64,000 bases of DNA from Marsupella aquatica. Its lineage: Eukaryota > Plantae > Marchantiophyta. This document shows positions 52,675-62,665 of this stretch, piece after piece. The position numbers were made by a program, and so were the translations under genes. The notes beneath the pieces are model-generated. The model saw nothing but the letters and a program-made list of their open reading frames with translations. It was not told the DNA's origin and searched no databases. The DNA is taken from positions 3,769,659 through 3,833,658 of the forward strand of contig OZ316895.1 of NCBI GenBank assembly GCA_973895155.1. Reading direction: 5' to 3'. Position 1 is the first letter of the stretch. Each line of letters begins with the position of its first letter.

Positions 52675-54340
52675 ATGGAGTCTCCTTTTCGTGCAGAATA
52701 TAGACAATTGTTGGAAACGATCACGAAAGTTTTGGATGAGGGGGGTGAACCGGATAGGATTGCTCTGGAGTCACTCAAGAATGCACGAAAGACTCTTGAG
52801 TATGCAGTAACTCCAACCAAAGTGATTGGGAAGAGGAAAAAAAGAGGGGGGAATATTGAGGTCAAACATGTTCGATTCAACGTGGTAGTGGCAATATGGA
52901 AAAGAGTACTGTATCGTTACACTCAACCACATCAATATGAGGCGAATGCGTTTGAGATGGAGTTCACCAGGCACGGTCTGAAAGGATACAAGAAGTTTGT
53001 GAACGAGATAACCCGTTGTATGCGTGAAAGTGTGGAGGATGAAGAGAATTTCACAAGAGAACAGATGGAGGCATTTCTAGTTGATTGTGAGAAACCAGCT
53101 GGATTTATTAACAATGTGGCATTGAACTTGGAGATGAATATTTGGGATGTGTTGATGGCCAAATTGAGTCAGGATGATAGTACTTTACTTGGAAACCCTG
53201 GGATGTATAAGCACAAGAGGAGTTTGTTATCAACTTGGAGTAAAGAGTTGGCAATGGCAAAAGCAGAAAGTAATGTCAAATATGCAAACAAAGTGATGCA
53301 GTTTGGGGATGTCAATATCAAAAGCGATTCAAAAGGAACACGTCCATCACGTGTAGTCCTAGAGGTTAGGAGTATTCATTTCCTTAAGCTTGAGCAGGTG
53401 CAAAATGCAAATTCCATCGGGAAAGGTGTTGAAGGAGACGTTTACACTTGTCACGTTTTAGATTGTCCCCTTATTCCAATGAATGTCACACTGGTTGCCA
53501 AAAGATTCAAAAAAGGTGATAGGCAGAAGAGAATAACAGATGCATTACAGGAAATGCTTATGGGAGGATTGAATCACAAGGGAATTGTTGGGGCTTTGGC
53601 AATGACTATTGATGATCCGCCAAGACTTGTTTATGATCACTACAATGGAGGTGATTTGGGAAGCTTCATAGATAAGTGCGGATTATGGTCAAAGAGCAAA
53701 GGGAAATCATAGGGTATCTCCAACATTGATTTCAAGTTTGTTTCTGAGAAGAAAGTTTTTCTAGAGAACCGTTTGGGAATCTCCTTGGCGTTGCTTGAGA
53801 CGCTACAATATTTGCATGACCACGGACGATTCCATTGTGATCTTCACTTTGGAAATATTCTTCTTCATTTCGACTATGAGGAGGATGTAATTATCAGGGT
53901 GTATATATGTTGACTTATGTGATTTTGGCTTGTCCAAACATAAGTCACAGTGCAAATTACCAGAGAATCGAATGTGGTCTACTCTTGCAGATAAATTTGT
54001 AGCCTATCAAAAACAATATCCATAATTGGCTCCTGAGCTTGTTTCACCCACTCCAGTAGAGTATAGCCAAGCTACTGACATATATGCTTTGGGCAACATT
54101 TTTGAGAGTCTATTTTTAGAGAATTGGGATGGAGCGTCCATGAGGACACGGTGGTTGGGTAGGGGTTGGAATGCCTTGGAACATGGTCCTAAATTGGAAG
54201 CTATGGTTCGTGATATGATGGCCACAGATGTTAAGAAAAGGCATGATTGTGCCTTTTGGAGTTTGAACCTTTAAGGATTGTAGACTATTTGCACAAAATA
54301 GTCCTTATCTTAGGGATTAGAGATTACAAGGTTGATCCAA
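52675..54340 (+). pseudogene. Protein kinase pseudogene (TE cargo) with a long uncharacterised N-terminal region
   Basis: IGKGVEGDVY glycine loop, VAKRF, HCDLHFGN, CDFGL, LAPE, DIYALG. In-frame TAG at 53710-53712, frameshift near 53905 (TA-repeat slip) and TAA just before LAPE. Confidence 0.9.
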
Positions 54341-54472
54341 CAATTACCTCATGAAGGCATTAACATTGACATGGTTTATATGAAGTGATATGCTCATATT
54401 GTTGTATATTTTGTTTTGATCAATATTTGAGTTTGTTCTAAATTTGTTTTTACGTTTGTAGATTGTGCAAAC

Positions 54473-55688
54473 ATGCCACGCTGGGATTTGGAATCTGATG
54501 ATGACAAAGATACAAATATCAAACATGATCCTATAATCATGCAAGATGCTCAAGATGCTTACTACAATGATTTTGATGATGATGATGTTCATGGGAACTT
54601 GCTACATCCAATAATTGGGCCGGAAGATGAGTCACAACCCAATGTTTGTAATATTGCTATGGCCACCCAAAACTCCTTGCAAAACATAACAAAGTTGGAG
54701 GATGGTAGTATCGATTTGGAATAGAATATTGTAGCAAAAAATGTCAAACCTCCTCATGATGAGTGGCCCATCAATGCAAAAGAATTGGAGATTCTGATGC
54801 CCAAAGCAGAGTTCCAGAAATTTGCACGAATGCTTTTTGATGATCCGGAAATGTGGGAAACCAGATCTTGGTCATAGGAGAAATTTACTATCTCAAAGAT
54901 AACATATCGAGCGGTTGCCACGCATTGGCAACAAAGATTTTGAGAATATGCTCCAAACAAGGCAAATGGGAAAATTAGATCTATTTATCCTCCATTTATT
55001 CAATGTTTGATTGGAGAGTTCATTCTGAATTGGAAGGTGGATTACCGTTGGAAAAATAATGATGGCAAGGTGACCCATCAGGTGCATAAATCAGTGCATG
55101 CTATTGCAGCAAATAGAGGCAAAAGTGCAAAGAAAGATGTTCCAATCGGTACTTCCAACAAGGGGTGCAAAAGAAAGATGGATGATGCGCAATAGGGCAA
55201 TACACAACAAAAGGAGAAAACAACTGCTATTTCACAATTTTTTGTGAAGCCTGAGGCATCAACCACAACAAGCAATGTGGAGTACGTCTACCAACAAAAG
55301 AAAACCAAACCTTTCAGGCGTTGGGAGTAGAACTCCACATGTAATCAACATCGATACTTTGAATCCGAACAAGGGTTGAATGAGCATGCAACATGTATGC
55401 AAGAGTTTGGGAGCAAAGGTTGGCGATCTCATTGAGAAGAATCTTTCCACAAAATACGTAGTTGAGCTTTGTGAATCTGGCACCATTGAAAGGTACAAGG
55501 CAAAACTACAAGAGGCTGAATTGAAGATAAAGTTGCTAGAAAAGATGCACATGGAATCGGCAAACAATTTTGAGGTGAAGGCTCGGGGGTTTTACTTCCA
55601 CAAAAATGACATATCACGTGCGACAAAGGATAGGGTCATTTTATTGGTTCTAAGGGAAGACTTAAGAATTTTTGTAGAAGAACAATAG
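54473..55688 (+). pseudogene. Decayed uncharacterised TE-cargo gene (acidic N-terminus, predicted helical or coiled-coil C-terminus)
   Basis: Protein-like reading MPRWDLESDDDK...HDEWPINAKELE...GEFILNWKVDYRWK...AKLQEAELKIKLLEK, interrupted by several TAG/TGA stops. No family recognised. Confidence 0.55.
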
Positions 55689-55859
55689 GGTCTTTTAAAT
55701 TCAATTTTGAGACTTGTAAGAACATTAGGGTCTTTTTAATCCAATTTTTAGAATATTCCAAGAATATTCCAACTTTATAGGGGTTAAAAAATAAAATTCT
55801 TACATTTTAGGGGGTCCAAGGCCTAAAAACGTCGCAGGCGATGGGGAGGTTCCCATATA

Positions 55860-56738
55860 GTGAGACCCCCAAGGGTGAAAGAATACAAGGTTCAATTGTT
55901 TGACAAGATGGAAGAAATCAAGAAGATGACTCAACGACTTGCCCAAAGAGAAGTTCAACATAATGAAGTGGCAGAACTTCAGAAGAAGAACAAAGTCATC
56001 AACGATTTTCAAAATGACATTGCATCTAATCAGCTCATCATAACAAATCTGTAGCACGAGATAGATAATTTCAACCATGGTGATTTGGAATGTGAGTCAA
56101 AGAAAGATGGGTCAGAAGATTTTGTTCACATGTAGATCATTTATCCTACAGGATCCAACAACCTTTTTCCGGATGTGGAGGCTAGTGTTGAAGGCATTCA
56201 AAAATATTTTGATAAGTGGAAAAAGGGTGATAATATGGCAGTATTTGTTCGTGAAAAAGATGACAAGTGTACTTGGTGCCTATATCCATGGGGTCCTGAA
56301 TCTTTCTCCATATTGGGAACTTGTGGTCATATATGACATCATGCTTGCTTGTTTAGATGGTTGAAGAAGAGCAGAAAATGTTGGTGTTGCACACCATTTC
56401 ATCAACGCTAATACGAGCAACGAGGATTGTTGAACCAAATGCCATCAATGGAGAGTCAACAAGCCACTGATGAAATGATAGAAGAGGGTGTAGCGATGAC
56501 GCAAATAGATCCCACTCCAATTGAACACTTTACAATCAATGAGTATAATTTGTCAGATGACGAATTTGACAGGTTGCTCCTAAGTGGTCGATTCAATGAA
56601 TGGAAGGAATATGTTGCAGCCAATCAACCATCAGTAGATGAGAAAAATATGCAACGATCTATTCGTCGTTATCGACGACGTCAAGAACGGGCAAAAGTGA
56701 AAGCAGAAGCAGTAGACTTCAACGGCAAAAGGAATTGA
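55860..56738 (+). pseudogene. Coiled-coil plus RING-H2 E3 ligase-like pseudogene segment (TE cargo)
   Basis: From 56268 the frame reads CTWC-LYPWGPESFSILGT-CGHI*HHAC-LFRWLKKSRK-CWCC-TPF, a C3H2C3-like RING with an internal TGA. It continues in frame (through one more stop) into the 56427-56738 ORF. May be downstream exons of the 54473 gene. Confidence 0.75.
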
Positions 56739-57112
56739 ATCCAATAATCTCTACATTTTGATGTACTTGATCCTTAGAGACTTTTCCTATGCTAGCTCTT
56801 GCAAATAGTCTTTGACAATTGTTTTCAACTTTTAATTGTTAAAGAAAAGTTTGGAGTGACATCATATTTCGTTGAGCTTCTGTGATATGTTTGTGTATCT
56901 TCAAGTCTCGCTAAGTGACAATTTTGGGTTCCACTTCAAGAAAATAGCATTTTGTGCAATATAACCATTTGCAAACGTAGCCACAAACTCCATTAGGCAA
57001 TATGTAAAGGTTGTCTTTAAATAGAGGGACATGAAAAGGTGAAGAATCGTGGTATGTTATCATTGCCCTTGGCCAAACAAGTAAACTGGCAAAATTGGGA
57101 GTAGAGAAATTT

Positions 57113-57420
57113 GGGATCCATGTTTGTTGACCATGGATATTCGTTGTTGTCACTTGCTTCGATCTCCATCAACGTGTAGGTCAAATGTTGTGACGCTGGT
57201 GTCTACTTGCACAAATGACTCCAACAGTGAGGTGCATTCCAAGAATGTAACCTTGGATGTACAGTACACTAATTTCTGTACCCCTTTCGGTATTATATGA
57301 CTACAAGGCGGGAGCCATTTGTGTAACAGACACTAGGGTGGCAAAATGTGACATACAACTTGATGGAGATCGAACAAAGTGACGACAACGGACATCCAAG
57401 GCCGACTGACATGGATCTCT
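57113..57420 (+). ncRNA. Long imperfect fold-back hairpin (candidate miRNA/siRNA precursor)
   Basis: Arms of ~110 nt (57113-57222 and 57311-57420) are inverted copies, e.g. ttcgatctccatcaa / ttgatggagatcgaa. Several mismatches become G:U pairs on the + strand. The hairpin is certain; transcription is unproven. Confidence 0.5.
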
Positions 57421-57432
57421 GACGAAAAGTTG

Positions 57433-58826
57433 TTATTCAGGAATTTTAGAGGAACCACTTTGGATTACAACGTATGAAATTACATCATCACAAGTTCTGC
57501 ACGGCGACAATAACAGTATCAGAGGTGGACTACCATCAACGATTATTTCAAGATCGGTGATTGAACGAAGAAGACTGACACCAGAGGAGTTGAGGGATAA
57601 TAAAAGCAATAGGCCTTTCAATTGGTGGAATTTGGAAGCTATGTTGGACCTCCTATCTTGGACTCTTTCAAGGCTTTTGTGAGCGCCAGCAACCTTTGAG
57701 GGGTGGACAAATCGCGGCAATGTGGAGAGGAATTGTAGCCAACCTTGCCAATCCTTCTGGTCTATAGGTCAGTTACCTTGGGCATCATTGCAGAGTAAAC
57801 TCACAGAAATTGTGAGACCTGAGAAATCGCGCTTGCTCTCTTGTTTGTGTCATTTATGTCCGTAATGAAGGATAGACGACCATGAATGGGCGGAATGAGA
57901 ATTGTAAAATAGATAGGATCATGAAGGGTGGAAAATCCTACTTTGCCGCTGAATTGGTGTTTGGCGTTCTTTTGTGACATTTGCAACTTTAAAAACATCT
58001 TTCATATGAAACAAAAATTGCTTATATTAAACAAAAAATGATATAACAATAACAGTGTTCACAATAGTAAGAAACCATGCTAATATAGTAGTAAAAACAT
58101 ATCTCAAGGTTGTGAAAGGAAATTCCTAGTATTGTTGTTACGATTTTGCTGCAAAGCTTGATTCCACTTTTGTTCTGCAGCCCATGCAACTGCATCACGA
58201 TTGCGAGGTTGTTGAAATCCACCACCAATAGGTCTGTTCGATGTATACGGATTTGTTTCACTAGCTCCCCTGTACTCATTAAAGATTATAGCAGCTTGTT
58301 GCCATGGTGCATATGTGTTATCCGTAGACCGACCTTGTACATCATTGTGTTGTGGAACAAACGGTGATCTGCTTTCCTCCCCCAAATCATGCTTTTCTAT
58401 GGTAGTGTGTTGTTGAACAAAATATGATCTGTTTTGGTCAACATCATTGTGGACATTCAATGATGGATAAGCCCAAGTTGACTTTGGCTGGGAAGACATA
58501 TCAAACTCTAAATACAATGATGCATGATCCTCATCTTCAAGTTGAGACTCGTCAATTGTAGGATACATGTCAAAATTTGTGTCATTCTCCCATTCACCTA
58601 CATCACTTACGTCTGTATCCGATGGAATACGCGTCAAAAAATCATTTTCTTTATCCAATGATAATCCTTGCAGTGCTTCACCAGCATCATCAATTGTATC
58701 AAAATCGATGATGTCTTCTTCTCCAACCTCCGCACGTGTTGAATCATAGCCTTCATTGTCAAAGCACTCCATGGATACTGGCCTAACACCATCAATTAAA
58801 GCTCTTCTTTCCTCATAAAACCCCAA
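57433..58826 (-). pseudogene. Uncharacterised acidic/low-complexity protein gene remnant (TE cargo)
   Basis: Open 240-codon D/E-rich frame at 58104-58826, then a probable downstream exon (57433-~57990) with in-frame stops. No family recognised. Confidence 0.45.
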
Positions 58827-59086
58827 TTTAAGGAAAACCGAACTTTGGAAATTCCGAAAATCACTAAATATTATTATTTTAATAAAAAGGGGGCGACATG
58901 ACGCGTGGCTGCACGTGAAACCCTGAAAATGACTGCAATGTCACATTTTAACCAATCCAACTTGACGGGACCAAGAGACATGCTCACGCGAATAATAATA
59001 ATAGAGAAATAAATCTTTGAGATCCTTTATATATGATAACCAGTATATAAGGAGTTTACAAATAGTTTCTAGAACGACAATACAAA

Positions 59087-59815
59087 TTAATCTGATCTCA
59101 TGCCGACTATTATTTTGGAAGCGTCCAAAATTGGGCGTCTGTTAAATTGCTCTACTAGATATCTATCTCCATGCCTCTGAATCACAGGGTCTTCCCATAG
59201 AGTATGATTATAATCATAATCTCTAAAAATAGATTTAACTGACCAATCTGGATAATCTCTTCCATTGGCAATGACAAGCGGCTCACAAGAGTTTGCTAGC
59301 TTGCTAAGATACAGAATCAGCAAGTTAATCAGGAAACTATCGTCGACCGACCCAAAATATTTGGGCGGAAATAATGATCCAACAACAGGATCTAAACAAG
59401 CATGAAATGCATTGGATTTGATAAGCATTATATTTTGCTGCAGATACGCCTTCGTATAAATTCCAACCTTCTCAAAACACTTTAAAAATATCCGCTTATT
59501 TGATGTCACCCAATCGCATAAGTAACAATGAGACTGATCCCAAATATACTTAAATGAGGCCATTTCCATCGGAGTAAAAATAGATGCTAAAATCTGATCT
59601 AAAAGGTTCTTCCCAAGAGAGGACCAGATCCCTACATCGAAATTCTCAAAACAGAATCTCAAGAATTCGTGAAGATGAGGCCTTGGAAAAACGTATATAT
59701 TCCCAATCCGAATTCCAGTTGAGACCGCCATCAGTCGGGAATGCGGTGCAGTGTAACAGAGTAGATGCTCCACATCTAAAACTATGAGCCCATTTTCTCT
59801 GCTGTAATGAATCTC
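59087..59815 (-). CDS. FCP1/NIF (HAD-like CTD phosphatase) homology module 3, catalytically degenerate
   Basis: LIVLDVEHLL...RPHLHEFLRFCFENFDVGIWSS...YIWDQSHC...FLKCFEKV. The usual IDD motif is replaced by IKS. Open frame after a phase-0 acceptor (tttctctatag) at 59815. Confidence 0.75.
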   Translation of the reverse strand, partial: EIHYSRENGLIVLDVEHLLCYTAPHSRLMAVSTGIRIGNIYVFPRPHLHEFLRFCFENFDVGIWSSLGKNLLDQILASIFTPMEMASFKYIWDQSHCYLCDWVTSNKRIFLKCFEKVGIYTKAYLQQNIMLIKSNAFHACLDPVVGSLFPPKYFGSVDDSFLINLLILYLSKLANSCEPLVIANGRDYPDWSVKSIFRDYDYNHTLWEDPVIQRHGDRYLVEQFNRRPILDASKIIVGMRSD

Positions 59816-59901
59816 CTATAGAGAAACACAAGAAGATGCATGAGCCCGTATGGATGTAGTCACGCGAATGGTCGCGTCACATATTACAGAGAAAACATCC
59901 T

Positions 59902-60609
59902 CTACACTCTGGCCATTGATAAGTGACGTCTGTTGAAGTGCTTGATAAGAACTTGATCCGCATGTCTCTGCACGTACAGATGCTCCCATATATCCTCGTT
60001 CAGATCCCAATCTCGATGTAGATTTCTAATCGACCAGATGGGATAATCGAACTTGTTAGCGAACGCAAGACAAAGCCCTGAATTTGATAGCTTTCGTAAA
60101 TATGGAATGAGGTCATCCCTCAAAAAGACATCATCCAACGATCCTTGAAACGACTTAGCGAACAATGATCCGTATACAGCTGTCTAGCATGTATGGGAAG
60201 GACAGGCATTAATCTGGATTATATTATTTGGTCGATAATCTTGAAACATATCACGTAGTCTCTCGATAGATTTGAAGACAACAGTCTTATAATTTTTCTT
60301 CACATAACCAAGATTCCAGCAATGATCCCGTGTGAACACATATATCAGCTGCGACAGGTCGGTGCTCGACAACACTTCTGAAAGTATCTGATAAACCAAT
60401 TTATCATCGAGAATAGACCAGACCATCACATCAAAATGATCATAACAGAATTTTATAAGATCATGAAGATCCGGCCTTGGAACGACACATAGAGATCCGA
60501 TACGAATTCCGGGTGTCGACTTGAGCTCAGGAGTATATTTTGAAACAGAGCACAGGAAGTTTTCCAGTTTTAAAACTAGAAGTTGACGCGACCTGCTCCA
60601 CTTAGACAC
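59902..60609 (-). pseudogene. FCP1/NIF homology module 2, one premature stop
   Basis: LLVLKLENFL...RPDLHDLIKFCYDHFDVMVWS...VFKSIERL...NIIQINA. The TAG at 60184-60186 is in frame with the 59902-60165 ORF. Phase-0 acceptor (tcatttatag) at 60609. Confidence 0.75.
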
Positions 60610-60833
60610 CTATAAATGAACAATTCGATTCTCATATTATGCAATTGCAAACAACCACGCGACCGGGCGCGTCACTCCCAAAAGTTCAATTTCAATCAAT
60701 TTATAAATAATAATTGATAATAAACAATAAACGTTTATTTATTGGACTTATCCCGAGCTTCTATAGCACGGTCTTTTTCGGCAGATAAGTATTTCATAAA
60801 TTCGTCAAACTTTTCTAAATGGTCTTTATTCCC

Positions 60834-61640
60834 CTAATTACGAATGATCACATTTCTCCTCCAAAGATTCGTCTTATCAATATAATCTTTCTCAAGATTT
60901 TCTTGAGAGAACGTTCGAATCCCATATCCACTAAGGAGCTCGCGGAATGTCAACTTGTCAATTGACATGTCGCATAGGTATGGATATAGTTTCTTTCTAA
61001 AAAATAGGTCATCATCGAGCCCAGAATATGCATTGGGATACAGCGATGAATAGAAGTCATTAAGGCTCGTCTTATATGCAGCGTCATCGATAAGAATGAC
61101 ATTCTCGATGTTGTAATCTTTAATATCGGCGGCAATGTCCGAGAGACATTTGACAAATAAGGGGATGTCATTATTATTCTTCCCAATAAGTCGAGTTGAT
61201 TCTTGTCCCCATATAAATTTAATATGTTTCAAAACTTTGGGTTGAAGTATCAGCCTTACACAAGATAGAATATTCCGTTTGAACATGCACGACCAGATTG
61301 CAATGTCGTATAGATCTGCCACCTTCTCAAGAAATTCCATTAAATCAGGCCTTGGATAGATAACCTTGTGCATCTGTCTCACACCCCTTGACCGAATGGG
61401 CATCCCAGGGCTGATCTTCTCTGACCAGATAAGTACCTGATTCAGATAAAAAATTACAAGTCTCTTATGAACCGGTGACTTCTTTGCCGATGGATTAGGC
61501 ACCATCTGTAATTGTGATTTTTGTGCCGCAGGGTTTGGAGAACATACTAGAATGGTCTGTTTGTTTCCCGCCTCCGGATGATCACCGGACTTCCGGATTG
61601 GTGCCTTCGATACTCGATCAGGGGGTTTCGGGATAGGCTT
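60834..61640 (-). CDS. FCP1/NIF homology module 1 (exon spliced in frame to the Ulp1 exon)
   Basis: LVIFYLNQVL...RPDLMEFLEKVADLYDIAIWS...FIWGQE...FVKCL...NVILIDDAAYK. The acceptor tgttttacag at 61640 reads in frame into the 60834-61505 ORF. Confidence 0.8.
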   Translation of the reverse strand, partial: KPIPKPPDRVSKAPIRKSGDHPEAGNKQTILVCSPNPAAQKSQLQMVPNPSAKKSPVHKRLVIFYLNQVLIWSEKISPGMPIRSRGVRQMHKVIYPRPDLMEFLEKVADLYDIAIWSCMFKRNILSCVRLILQPKVLKHIKFIWGQESTRLIGKNNNDIPLFVKCLSDIAADIKDYNIENVILIDDAAYKTSLNDFYSSLYPNAYSGLDDDLFFRKKLYPYLCDMSIDKLTFRELLSGYGIRTFSQENLEKDYIDKTNLWRRNVIIRN

Positions 61641-61726
61641 CTGTAAAACATTAAGAAATAAAAATAAGTTTATAACGTGAACGGTCGCGTGACTACAAAG
61701 AGAGACACTGAAATGAAGTGTATTAC

Positions 61727-62514
61727 CTGTACAAGACGGTTGTTCAGTGCTGGAATTCTGCCGGAAATGTCAATCATAGCAGCACGGATCCCGGTAACTA
61801 GGTTACTTGCGGACATCGGCTTGCGGAAGTCCATGTCAAATAACGACAAGACTATCTCCCTACGGAATTTCTCAATTTGATCCGCGGCAAAATTAATTTT
61901 GTTTCCTTGACACAAGCACTTGGCGTATCTCAAGATAAACACACCACAACTGTGGCCGTCACTCTGGTGAGGAATATCATTCCGATATATCCGTTTCCAA
62001 CCTGAGAGATCCAAGTTGACACTAGTTCTCCAGCCAATTTTGTCGGCGTAGTACTTCCCAACAATATCTAGCACCCCAGGATTTTGTCGATTATGAACTA
62101 GAGAATCTAGGTACTCCAGCCGTTTCTCCTTCGGATACAAGACTACCAATGACCAATGTTCTTTCACATCATTGTGTACTGGAAAGACCAGTTTGTCGTA
62201 ATCACTGATTTTTAGCGGAAACTCCTTTGTCCAAGTTGCTCTCTCCTCGTCAAAAATGGTAGGATCCATGGAGAGAAGCTCAAAATGTGTGTTTGGAAGA
62301 ATTTGACAAGGTCTGACTTTCCAACTCTATCGAGAATCAGTTCGAGAAAACTCAAATAAGCATTAATTATATCATCGGTGAGCAACTCACGCGGTCTCAG
62401 ACACATCATATGTTTCCTCTTGATCGAGTGTTGTAAGAACTTGATCAACAACTCTTCCATATCCTTAGAAGGATCAAGGCATTGATCTATTCGACTAGCC
62501 AAATTTTCAAAAAA
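61727..62514 (-). pseudogene. Ulp1/peptidase C48 SUMO-protease domain exon, one frameshift
   Basis: LRPRELLTDDIINAYL...FF/NTHF...FPVHNDVKEHWSL...YLDSL...PHQSDGHSCGVF: His-Asp-Cys triad and oxyanion Gln intact. Frameshift near 62295. Acceptor at 62514, donor CAG|GTAATA at 61727. Confidence 0.9.
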
Positions 62515-62665
62515 CTGCAAAAAACAGAGATTTCAGTATGCCTTCAAATAACGTACTGAGGTTGTAGCCTAAGGGTTCTACCTCAGAAAACAGAAACAAT
62601 AACAAATCAATAATAAAATAATGACGTCTATAATAGAAACTTTAAGCTTATAGCTTGCAAATGAC

